From Lytechinus pictus (lineage: Eukaryota): 64,000 nucleotides of DNA. A program made the position numbers and the translations under genes. Shown here piece after piece: positions 27,916-38,602 of the stretch. Below the pieces are notes generated by a model. It did no database searches, had not been told where the DNA came from, and worked only from the letters and a program-made list of their open reading frames with translations. Numbering within the stretch: position 1 is the first letter of the stretch; every line of letters begins with the position of its first letter. The DNA lies in the NCBI RefSeq assembly GCF_037042905.1, contig NC_087251.1, positions 28,212,001 through 28,276,000 of the forward strand, given 5' to 3'.

Positions 27916-29389
27916 TTTGGTGATCAGGGAATTTTACATTAATCAACCTAATATTTCCCATGTTATGTCCCCAAATTCTGTATCCGCCAATGGTGGGGGG
28001 GGGGGGGGGTAAATACAGTACAGACATGTACTTTGATTTGCACAAGCAACGCAGCATACAGGAAGGAAATATGAAAAACAGGAAGGAAAGACCGAGTCCA
28101 ACAAATGCATATGATATTGATAATCCAGATGATCATGATACCAAAGTGAAAGCTGAAAGCTGATTAAATAGAGTTAGACATAGAACAAGTAGCACAGTCA
28201 TGACAGTGGTGTACCGTGGGTCACTGCATTAGTTGGGGGGGGGGGGGGTGGAGGCTGGCCGCCGCGAAAAAAAATGTGATTCACTTATTGAGCGCACGTG
28301 CTTGATCATTAACATAGCTAAAGGGTGATTTTCCCTTCCCATCCTTTAGTTTAAAAAGAGCAGAAAGGGAAGTGATAAATAGAGGTAAAGGTTTGAGGAA
28401 AATATATAAAAGATTCAAAAAGTTATTAGAAGTTTAAGTTTTTATATTTATGACCTCATATGCAGCAGCCTTCCATGTATCGTGAATGAAAAAAAATCAA
28501 TGAAATTAAATTTTTCATAAGATTCTGAATGATTTCTATTTTACCTTCTTCAGTCTATCAACAGACAAATCATTTCACACCCGCTCCTGAGAGAAGAAAA
28601 ATATTTTACTCATCATGAACCATTAATATTGAAATTCATGCATTTTATGTTACATAACATATAGGACAGCTACTTGTATATGACGCCACAAACAAAAAGC
28701 TTAACGGTCTAATAACATTCTTAATCTTTGATAGATTTTTCTGAAACCTTCACCAGGATCTTTTTTTCTGGTATTCTACAACAAACGTTTCGTCCGGGTG
28801 ATCTTCCCCTCGAAGGGTGATTTGAAGCATTTTTATTGTATTAAAGCGTGCACATGATATACCTCACTATTAAAAGAAAGGTGTCATGAATGAGACACTG
28901 TACCTCAACTTGGTAACTTGCAAAATCCGCGGCGCCATTATCATTTTATTTTGGAAATCATACGTAGGGCCTACTGGAATTAGAGAAGGCGGGATGGTCA
29001 TGATAAATGCATCAATACGTCAATTCTAGATTTGGATTCTTGCTGAAATAATTGCGCTGTTGGCTTTCCGTAGCTGAGATCGACTTGAATCAAAACGTAT
29101 TACTTATATTTTTAACCACATCATAACAGGAAAGAGCCTTTAAAATTTCGTGGAAGCAATAATCATATTGATTACACTTTTAAAGTACTTTCGATATCAC
29201 GAGTGGATGTGCAGCCAATCTTTTCACGCTGATTTTTTTTGGTATATATACACATTCTATCTAACAGGAATGGGTAAGTTTTGTTAAGATTTCAGCCAGC
29301 ATAAAAGCGAGTATTTATTACCAGAGACATCGCTTGAACTTTTGTTTTATATTTTCATCATCGGGACATGAACATTATTGAGGATAACC

Positions 29390-31189
29390 ATGGACATCAC
29401 CTTTTGTCTCTGGTTCTGTTTTCTGCTTTATTTTGGAAGTTGCAATTCTATAAACTTCTGTGAATACTGCGAATGTGATTCATCCGAAATATTTTGCGTT
29501 GAAGTAAACTTTAATGAAGCCTTAAACCATTCTGTTCCAAGTGCAGTCTCCAGTAGCGCGAAATACCTTAATATCGGCCCATCGGACGACACGGTGATAT
29601 TGGCGAATGATACACTGAACGTCTTTCCTGCCTTACACTCTCTTAGGATTCATACATGTCCAGTCGCCTTCGTCGGTCAGTTTGTATTTGAAAAACTTTA
29701 CCATTTATCAGATATTTCTTTGGAAACGAATGGTCTTCATGAAATACCAGGAAGAGCTCTTTCCAAGTTAAGAACCTCACTGCATGAGCTCCAACTTGTA
29801 AATCAACATTTTCGGACCATTCCTTCAGATGCATTTGGAGAATTAAGTAACCTCCGATCATTGACCATTACCTATAACACAAACCACCTGTATATATCAC
29901 CGGGTGCATTCACTGGCCTTGTAAACTTAACAGGCCTTTACTTATCTGCTTGTTATATTGGACAGATCCATAACACAACGTTTTGGGGGTTGACCAAACT
30001 GCAAGAATTGGATCTTAGTTACAATCTTTTAGTAGAAATACCGCCCGCAACACTCACACTAAATTCTCTCTTAAAGTTGGACCTCTCATACAATACTCTC
30101 TTAGTCAATCTGATGGATCTAATAATCTTGAAAAATGCGACCAGACTGCAGGTACTCCAAATGGGATACTGTGCCATCTCTGAAATATCACCAACTGCTG
30201 TTGCTAAACTTAAAGGTTCACCAAGTCTTACTGTCGCGAATTTTGATGGGAACCCGTTTAACTGTACCCTAGATCTTTGTTCCTTTGCAAGTTGGTATGT
30301 AAGTCTTCCAGGGCCCGCTATAACTACAAGAAGTCCTAATTTTATCCCCTTTATCACATTAAGTCCTCCTCCGGGAAAGGGTCCATATCAGTGTGAAAGC
30401 AATGGGCAGTCTCTACAGGAGTTCTTCGGTGAATCATGTTTACCCGATCCCGGGCCGTCCACTCTTCCTCCTAACGAAATGCAGTTGCATCTCGTGATAC
30501 TTTCCGTTGCTATTATTATAGTCTTGTTCGTCGTCATCCTTGTGTCATTTGTTGTATGGAAATTCAGGTTGATAAACATTTATCATCGCCGCCTAGGAAA
30601 TGCCTTTCAGCGCCAGGCCAATTACGGAGCAGTTGAAGATGTTGACCGTGAATATGTCTTTGATGCCTACGTCAGCCACCACGAAGATGATAAACCATTC
30701 GTCGAAGATGAAATGCTCCCTCGCCTCGAAGACGAAAGCGGCTTTGATCTCTGTGTCTCCTTCCGAAATTTCCGTTTGGGTTCCCATCTCCTGGATAACG
30801 TGTCTTCAGCCCAAGATGCCAGTCGGGCCATCATATTCATCATCAACGAACGCTTCATGCGGAATGGGCAATGCAAGCTGGAGTTGGAGATGGCTTCCAC
30901 GAGGATGCTGGAAGACGAAGTGGGTCCTGGAGGGCAGCGTATCATCCTTATCATGATGGAAGTCATTGCCCCCGAATTAGTGAATAACACTTTGCGGATG
31001 CTTCTGAACCATGTTGCGTACCTTGAGTGGGATCATGTGGCCGAGGACAGGTGCTGGGGACAGCTCATTGCGACCCTTCATGCCTTAGTGCCGGATAGAA
31101 ACGAGGAGAATGGTGAGGGTGTCGACCAAGGCCGTGATGACGAAATTGAAATGGTCGAAAACGAACATGATGAAAATCGAATTGTGTGA
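29390..31189 (+). CDS. TLR: Short-ectodomain Toll-like receptor (LRR-TM-TIR), single coding exon, 599 aa
   Basis: The 603-aa ORF begins at TTG 29378; its first in-frame ATG (29390, context ACCATGG) starts a signal peptide MDITFCLWFCFLLYFGSCNS. Then LRRNT (CEYCEC...C), about 9-10 LxxLxLxxN/C repeats (e.g. LQELDLSYNLL, LLKLDLSYNT), LRRCT (NPFNC...C...C), TM (LVILSVAIIIVLFVVILVSFVVW), TIR box 1 (YVFDAYVSH), ASRAIIFII..F...C.LE and YLEW...CW. Confidence 0.96.
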   Translation: MDITFCLWFCFLLYFGSCNSINFCEYCECDSSEIFCVEVNFNEALNHSVPSAVSSSAKYLNIGPSDDTVILANDTLNVFPALHSLRIHTCPVAFVGQFVFEKLYHLSDISLETNGLHEIPGRALSKLRTSLHELQLVNQHFRTIPSDAFGELSNLRSLTITYNTNHLYISPGAFTGLVNLTGLYLSACYIGQIHNTTFWGLTKLQELDLSYNLLVEIPPATLTLNSLLKLDLSYNTLLVNLMDLIILKNATRLQVLQMGYCAISEISPTAVAKLKGSPSLTVANFDGNPFNCTLDLCSFASWYVSLPGPAITTRSPNFIPFITLSPPPGKGPYQCESNGQSLQEFFGESCLPDPGPSTLPPNEMQLHLVILSVAIIIVLFVVILVSFVVWKFRLINIYHRRLGNAFQRQANYGAVEDVDREYVFDAYVSHHEDDKPFVEDEMLPRLEDESGFDLCVSFRNFRLGSHLLDNVSSAQDASRAIIFIINERFMRNGQCKLELEMASTRMLEDEVGPGGQRIILIMMEVIAPELVNNTLRMLLNHVAYLEWDHVAEDRCWGQLIATLHALVPDRNEENGEGVDQGRDDEIEMVENEHDENRIV

Positions 31190-31791
31190 TAATGCACGGA
31201 CCTACTACATAGGTCCATGATGACAAGAATTCAATACCCTAGTGACAAAACATTTATAAATGAATACAGGAGACCTTTGTGTACATTTTGTTGGCTCGAG
31301 TTCGGTTTGATTTGGTGGGTAAATACGAACATACACAATGCGTTCTTTCACTCTGTGAAAACTCCCTTTCAAAATTTTAAGCACGTTCTTTAAGCCCGTC
31401 ACTGTAACAACTATTGTGTAAAGTTATAAGCAAGTAGGTTAAAAAGTTTAAACAATTTTTTTCCTTCAGAATAATCAACTACTTATTAGAATGAAGGATC
31501 TAAATCGTGCTATTCTTTATTGTGTATTCTCTAGGGCACTTCCCTGATTCTCTCAATACAGTGTTGTTTCAATGTAAATAGTTTTGTTACATTATTACAT
31601 CCCTGAAGATGGAGATAGTTAAATATAATCTCAATTATATTCTCCTTTTTTGCTTTACTTTGTGTTAAACCAGCTTTTAAACTCCTTTTAATGCTATTAA
31701 GTTGTAATAATATTTCGTATTCAATGACAATCCTTATTTTTTCAGAATTTAATTACAACCACTGTTTAAGGACACCAATATACTTTGAATG

Positions 31792-34369
31792 CATGGGTGT
31801 CGATCACGGGGGGGGTGGGGGGGATATATCCCCCCCAATATTTCAAGTGGGGGGGATGGCCTGTATTATCATCCCCCCCCCAATAATTCAGGGTAGAAAA
31901 ATTGTAATAATGATGATGAAAAAATGAAAAGTTTGATAATGATGATTATATAGTGATGATTATAGTATGCCATCAATCAGTTTGTTTCCCCCGCAATTTG
32001 TGTATATTGTTATTAAATAAAAAAACATTCTTTTCCAGGGCTTTTAAACAGATGGGTGGAGGTTCAAGATGAAAAAGAATGAAATTATGAATGAAAGTTT
32101 ATGTACCGGTATATGATATTTTTTTAAACACATGACATAAAAGGACCCCGCCGAAAAAAAACTTTTGTTGATAGGGTGTTCCATCCCACCAGTGGTGAAT
32201 AAATTAATTTTAAGAAATCAATTGATTAAAAAGGGTGGAAAAATAAAAGGGTGGCAAGATAAACAGGGAAACCTCCATGGACGTAAATCCTAGAGGGGTA
32301 GATCTTGAAAAAGTACAACAAAAACAACTTTTCTCAGATTTACCCCTCCCCACATGCAAGTGCATGATGTTTGTCCCATTTAATCTACAACCCTTTTGAA
32401 TATTAAACATTTTATCATGTGACCCCATCAGATACCTCTCATGAAAATATTGAGGTTCAGTGAGCTCAATATAATATGATCATATTTTTACATTTTTTTA
32501 ATAAGTGAAATCAATTAATGGTTTCAGAAAGAATAATCATTCATTTCTCTCTAAAGCGTATCTTCGGATATGAACATCGGAGGGTTTTTTTCCCCATGTT
32601 ATTCTTGTAATTGTTATGGACTTGAATAACTAAACTTGGTTGATTTTTTCTTATTTTGGCAAAAAAAAAATCTTTTTTGAGTTTGGAAAGGGATGACAGT
32701 TTTGCATTCTATATGAGCACACTCATGCGGTATGTTAATTTCATTTTAACACATATATTAGCTGATATTACACACTGATGATTCAAGAAGATGTTGGAGA
32801 AATATCATAACATGACAGTTGAGTTTTGATTGTTTTTATGTTTGTTTTGTTTCATGCACTTATAAAATATTTAAAACGTGTTAAAATCCAGGGTAAAAAT
32901 CGTCTGACGGTAAGCCCGATGGCGCACGAGAAGCCACACAGTTTGTAATTTGTGCTAGTCTTAATTTGTCCGAATCTGCATTTTATCATCACGCATTAAG
33001 AAGAAAAAAAATATTGCCAGTCGGGTTAGATTTAAGAGAGAAGTTGTTTACATCATGCTCAATAAACAGATCACTTTGTACATGGTCCAGACAATTTTTG
33101 TCATTTTTTCTTTCGTATGAGTTTAGAATAGGCTCACTCAGTGGGGTAACTACGGGGGGGGGGGGCATGAGGGGCACATGCCCATCCAAAAATGAGGAAA
33201 AGGAGAAAAAGAGGGAGAGAGGAAAGGAATGTAATGGGAAAGAAGAAATTATTGTTCATTATGATGTTAGATTATACTATAATTCTGTTATACTACATAA
33301 GACGCATTTTTCATAACTTTATGAATCATAATTTGATTAGGGCCCATGTCTTCATTGTTCCTGGTGCTCACATTGTCTGTTTAACTTTAACGAGATATAT
33401 AATCCTGTGGGACTAAAAGCTTCTGTTTTCAATATACTTCCTCGCACTTCGAATTACTATTTTATGTGCAATAGTATGCTTCTTTTAATGACTACTTAAA
33501 GTGATTGCCACAGTTTAAGGTCTTAATATAAAACATTTCTTGTCCGTGCTTATGTTCGCATTAGTGAGATATGTCTGCTCTCCATGAATTCCTAGAATCA
33601 GTCCTTAAAATGTCCCTTTTTCTGATCTCAATATCAAAACTTTTCAGATCGCGCTTCGCGCTCGCATCATTTGGTTAATGAAATACGTATGGTCTTAGTG
33701 AATTCCTACAAACAAGCTTTAGAATGCCCCTTTTCAGGTCTGAATTTCTAAATTTTCAGCTCGCGCTTCGCGCTCGCAATATTTGATTATTGAGATGCGT
33801 ATGTTAATAATCATGATTACAATGACTTCAAGTGCTTCATGTGTAATTCTAACAAAATCAGCAAGCGCTTAGCACTCGCAATAGATGACTGTGGTGAGAT
33901 ATGTAGTGGATTCCTTAAATATAGTCCTTAAAATCTCCCTTTTTGGGGTCAATATATACAAAAATTTCAGCTCGCGCTTCGCGCTCGCATTGTTAAGCGA
34001 GACAGGTAAGTATCATGATTACAAAAAGTTGATTAATGTCCCTTTTTACGTCCGAATATCACAAATTTTAAGCTCGCGCTTCGTGCTCACATTATTTCAT
34101 CAGTGAGATACATATCTGTTTAATATATGGCACTGTCCTTAAAGTGTGTCTATTAGGTCAGTATACCTGGCAACTGACCTAATAAACTAATTGACTCAAA
34201 AATTTTGCTGGTGCCCCCCTATGCCATGACCCACGGTACGCCACTGGGCTTACTTGTAACACAAATTGAATTTTGTGATTTTAGTGGGGGTTATATTGAA
34301 AGATCCCCATCCACAAGAATATTTGTGTCAATCATCCCCCCCAACCAAGAATACCGATCGACACCCATG
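31792..34369. mobile_element. hAT-like non-autonomous element with a perfect 8-bp TSD, containing a nested element
   Basis: TTTGAATG|CATGGGTGTCGATC ... GATCGACACCCATG|TTTGAATG. Confidence 0.85.
33139..34246. mobile_element. Nested hAT-like non-autonomous element
   Basis: GGCTCACT|CAGTGGGGTA ... TACGCCACTG|GGCTTACT (8-bp TSD, 1 mismatch); internal repeated GCTCGCGCTTCGCGCTCGCA motifs. Confidence 0.8.
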
Positions 34370-34669
34370 TTTGAATGTGTCAATTTATTGTTCTGTTTCA
34401 AAGCATTATAATGTTACTGGGCGAGTTAGAAGGTACACCAGAAAATAACCATCTAATTTGAATTACTGTAAAAGAAAATGTTTTTAAGTTTGGGCTCTTT
34501 TTCTTTATCGAGGTTTTGATTGTTGCGTGTGAGGGTAATTTTGTTGCTATAACCCATTGAAACTTTCCTGCTCTTAAGTCAGGGAAAGAAATCAAATAAA
34601 ATGTAGATGGGAAATCATAATGGTGATAATTTCCTTCATTGTTACTGTAAACTGAAAGTGATAAGTACT

Positions 34670-37223
34670 TAGTTGTCTAAACTCCAAAAGCTCCAGAACG
34701 CTGCAGCACGTTTGGTCACCCTATCTAAAAAGTATGTTCACATCACACCCATTCTAAAAAATATCTTCATTGGTTAAAGGTCAACGATCGCATCATCTTC
34801 AAAATCCTTCTCCTTGTTTTCCACGCAATTAATGGCTCTGCTCCACAGTACAATATTAATCTAATCAGCAAATACAGCCCGGTCACACGTTCATCCAACT
34901 CTGGTTCCCTAGTTATTCCTAAATCCGTTAAAGTAGAACTATATTGAAAATCGTAAAAATGGGGAATCATATATCAAATTAAAGGAGAAAATAAGGAGAA
35001 CACGATGGTGTAAATCATTTATCATGGAGACCGATGGAACTCAGTTAATTGATAGTTTAAAGTTCTCTCTCTGAATGCTTCAAACACGCAGAATTACGTC
35101 CGCGAAATTGGGGATTTTTTATGACGTCACTTTCTGTACGAGAGGCGTGATTGGCTCTCCAACGTGAAGCTCCACTTGCATGCAAAACCTGTTGCGAGGG
35201 TACGTTTTCTCCACATTGTCACTGAATACTTTGAGCCCGAAATGAAAGAAAACCCAGAATTTTATCTAGATTTGGATTTTCAAATTGATGATTATGAATT
35301 AAGATGAAGAGAATGATGATGAAGTTTCTAGCTCTAGAAAAACAAAGTGACGTGGATAGAGGTATACATTAGGGGAATTACGCCGGTGATTATGAGTCGG
35401 ACAATTCAACTTGCATATGCCGATTCGCTACCAACACATGCAGCTGATAGCTGCTCCGCGGGTCAAATCCATGAAAATGAATTCCATCACGACCACATCC
35501 AGACAGAGTCTCTTTCTTCTATCAACAACATAATGAGAATGAAAATAATGATATAACTGTACTTACAAACAAGTGAATATATCCGAACCTAGGCTGAAGG
35601 TAAATCAACTCAAGGAATAACAGCAGACGATATGCACCGACGATGAATTTCACGTGGCTGGGAGATTGTCACTCGTTCTGTTAGATAAAATTTCTATCTA
35701 ATTATTTTGACTAAATTACGAAACTCGGAGAATTAGTATTCTACATAAAAATTAAGTAACACCTGGTACTATTTTTTGAATTACGATAAAACCTTTTTGA
35801 AGCAAAGAAAATGAGGTAAATTAAAATTAGATATAAAAGATCATCCGCCTAGCTCGCATTCGATTGTAAACAATCAGCAAGGCGAGCACATAGAGTTGGA
35901 TAAAGCTACGCTCCAACTCTATGGGCGAGCAAGCCACTGAACTGAAAATACGTATTTTCAGTTCAGTGGAGCAAGCTGGCCATGTGCTTTTGATTGTTTG
36001 TTTACAATCGCATGCGGCTAAGTGGATGATCCTTTATATCTTATTTTAATTTACCTCAATTTCTTTGCTTCAAAAATATTTTATCGTAATTCAAAAAATA
36101 GTACCAGGTGTTACTTAATTTTTATGTAGAATACTAATTCTCCGAATTTCGTAATTTAGTCAAAATAATGAGATATAAATTTTATCTAACAGAACGAGTG
36201 AACATCTATTCCAGCCACGTGAAATTCATCGTCGGTGCATATCGTCTGCTTCTATTCCTTGAGTTGATTTACCTTCAGCCTAGGTTCGGATATATTCACT
36301 TATTTGTAAGTACAGTTATTTTATTATTTTCCTTCTCATTATGTTGTTGATAGAGGAAAGAGACTCTGTCTGGATGTGGTCATGCTGCATGGAATTCATT
36401 TTCATGGATTTGACCCGCGGTCCCGCGGTGCAGCTAGCATGCAGCTGCATACGTACGTTGGTAGCGAATCGGCTTGCAAGTTGAATTGTCTTACTCATCA
36501 TCACCGGCGTAATTCCCTTAATTTACCACCATCCACGTCACTTTGTTTTTCTAGAATTAGAAACTTTATCATCATTCTCTTCATCTTCATAATCATCAAT
36601 TTGAAAATCCAAATCTAGATAAATTTCTGGGTTTTCTTTCATTTCATGATCGAAGTATTGGGAGTATTCAGTGTCAGTGTGGAGAAAACGTACCCTCGCA
36701 ACAGGTTTTGCATGCAAGTGGAGCTTGACGTGGGAGAGCCAATCACGCCTCTCGTACAGACAGTGACGTCATCAAATTCGAGTCAATTCAGAGACCGATG
36801 CGAGGCATATTTCGGAGAGGCATTTTAGCGCTTTTTAATCGGCGATTTCCACCTTATGTATTATTTTCGTTATTTTTTAATGACCTAATGGTAATCCACA
36901 CATCATTACCTTTCCACTGATATATAATAAGGCCATATTCATAATCAATATATTTCTCCTTTAAGACATGAGGGGTTCGGGCTTTTGCTCACGCTGGCCC
37001 TATTCTCTGGAATGATCTTCCCCTGACAATCCGTGAATGCACGTCCATTGACACATACCTTAAGACTCGTCTATTCAATGCCTCTTACTCTTAATTGTTC
37101 CTGAATCTATTACCATTGTATTTGTACTTTTTCTCTTTCGTTCTTTCTCTCTTCTTTCACTGCGCCTTGGGCACTCTGCCGAGTGGATTTGGCGCATTAC
37201 AAATCACATATATTATTATTATT
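34670..37223 (+). mobile_element. L2/CR1-group LINE 3' fragment, split by a DNA transposon
   Basis: LQNAAARLVTLSKKYVHITPIL..LHWLKVNDRIIFKILLLVF before the insertion and KT*GVRAFAHAGPILWNDLP after it; ends in a stem-loop and an (ATT)n tail. Confidence 0.85.
34932..36960. mobile_element. TTAA-targeting, AG-terminal (Kolobok-like) non-autonomous foldback element
   Basis: TTAA|AGTAGAACTATATTGA ... TCAATATATTTCTCCT|TTAA (TIR 14/16). It interrupts the LINE cleanly. Internal arms ~35120-35880 and ~35990-36772 are inverted copies. Confidence 0.85.
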
Positions 37224-38027
37224 AGAAATCTGATGTTTATTCTTCCCCTAATGATCTTAGATAGACTACACAAATAAATTAGCAATGGAAATTGATAACT
37301 TTGCCGAGTCTCGGTTTTCATAAAATTTTGAATCTGTATTATTTGCAGAATGATCTGATGATTGTAGCGTTAAGACTCTACTATAATTTAATGATGATAA
37401 TCAGGGATATGTGAAGGGAGATAATTTATGACAAAACTAATGACGTGATGCTCTCTATGTTTATTCTTAATACTCTCAGAAATTGTTTTAATCAACCCAA
37501 AAGTTGGTTAAAGTATCAAACGATCAACTGTTTTTTTCAATAATTCCAATTCATTATGGGATGCGATTTTGTTTTAACCAACCGTTGGTAGGTTCAATGA
37601 GAGGTTGGACAAAACATTTCTGACTGTACTTTTAAATTTGTCCCTCTCCCTCCCTCCCCTCAGTCACTCTCACTCTCTCCCTCCCTTCACATACACACAC
37701 ACCCACACGCATTCTTTCTCCTCTCTCTTCTTCTCGCCCTCTCCCTCCACACACACACACACACTTTCTGTATCCCCTCTCCCTCTCCCTATCCAGGTCC
37801 TGCTCTCTCTCTCTCTCATTTCACTTGCTATCTCACTCACACATCCCACACACCCACATAACACTCACTTTCAATATTTTCTCAAGTCCTTTTTTTTATC
37901 TGTCCTTTCCCCCTTTCCTGTATGAATAAAAGTGGAAACAGGAAAATCGAGCTAAGTAAATTCCACAGCGGAAATAGGGATAGTTGTATTGTAAAGGAAA
38001 ATGTGGTATTCTGATAGCCAAGGTTAA

Positions 38028-38602
38028 AGGTCAAGTCCACTTCAGAAAATTGCTGATATGAATAAATAGAGAAAAATCCAACGAGCATAACCCTGAAAAT
38101 TCCATCAAAATCGGATGTAAAATAAGAAAGTTATGACATTTAGAACTGTCACAAAACAAGGATATGCACTACTCAGTGACATGCAAATGAGACAGACAAT
38201 GATGCCCCTCATTCACAATTTATTTTGTCTTTTATTGTTTGAATTCAACATATTTAAATTTTTACAGATTTGACAATAAGGACCAACTTTACTGAACCGT
38301 AAAATGGTAATTCCACGTGTTCAGGGAGGAATAAAACTTTGTTTCACAGGACAAAGAGGAGAAAATTAAAATGCTTATTTCATATAATAAACTACAAAAG
38401 AAATAGGGAGTGAATTATGTCATCAGTCCCCTCATTTGCATACCGACCAGGATGTGCATATAACTGTTTTGTGAAACTAGGTGACACTTTAAAATGTCGT
38501 AAATTTCTTATTTTATATCCAATTTCGATGAAATTTTCAGTGTCACACTTGTTGGATATTTCTGTTTACTCAAATTAACTTTTGGTGGGGTGGACTTTTC
38601 CT
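38028..38602. mobile_element. Kolobok-like MITE (AGGTCAAGTCCAC...GTGGACTT); copies at ~63382-63937 and, partially, ~16570-17043
   Basis: TTAA|AGGTCAAGTCCAC ... GGGGTGGACTTTTCCT. The internal CCATCAAAATCGGATGTAAAATAAG and CTCATTTGCATACCGACCAGGATGTGC are shared with the other copies. Confidence 0.75.

Noticed and set aside
29261..29280. CTAACAG-GAATGG-GTAAGT as a 6-nt micro-exon or upstream ATG exon for the TLR
   Set aside because: Splicing to the nearby acceptor (~29324) gives a very short intron and hits a stop before the main ORF; no support without RNA data.
29378..29389. ORF-track start of the TLR at TTG 29378
   Set aside because: Eukaryotic gene: ATG 29390 has a strong Kozak context and begins the signal peptide.
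29643..30990. Several antisense or alternate-frame ORFs overlapping the TLR
   Set aside because: Shadow ORFs of a real coding sequence, with no recognisable motifs.
35347..36504. Paired similar ORFs on opposite strands (…HDHIQTESLSSINNIMR…)
   Set aside because: A by-product of the palindromic arms; indels between the arms break the frames and there are no transposase motifs.
37605..37925. 106-aa Ser/Leu/His/Thr-rich ORF
   Set aside because: Translation of CT/CA microsatellite-like low-complexity DNA.
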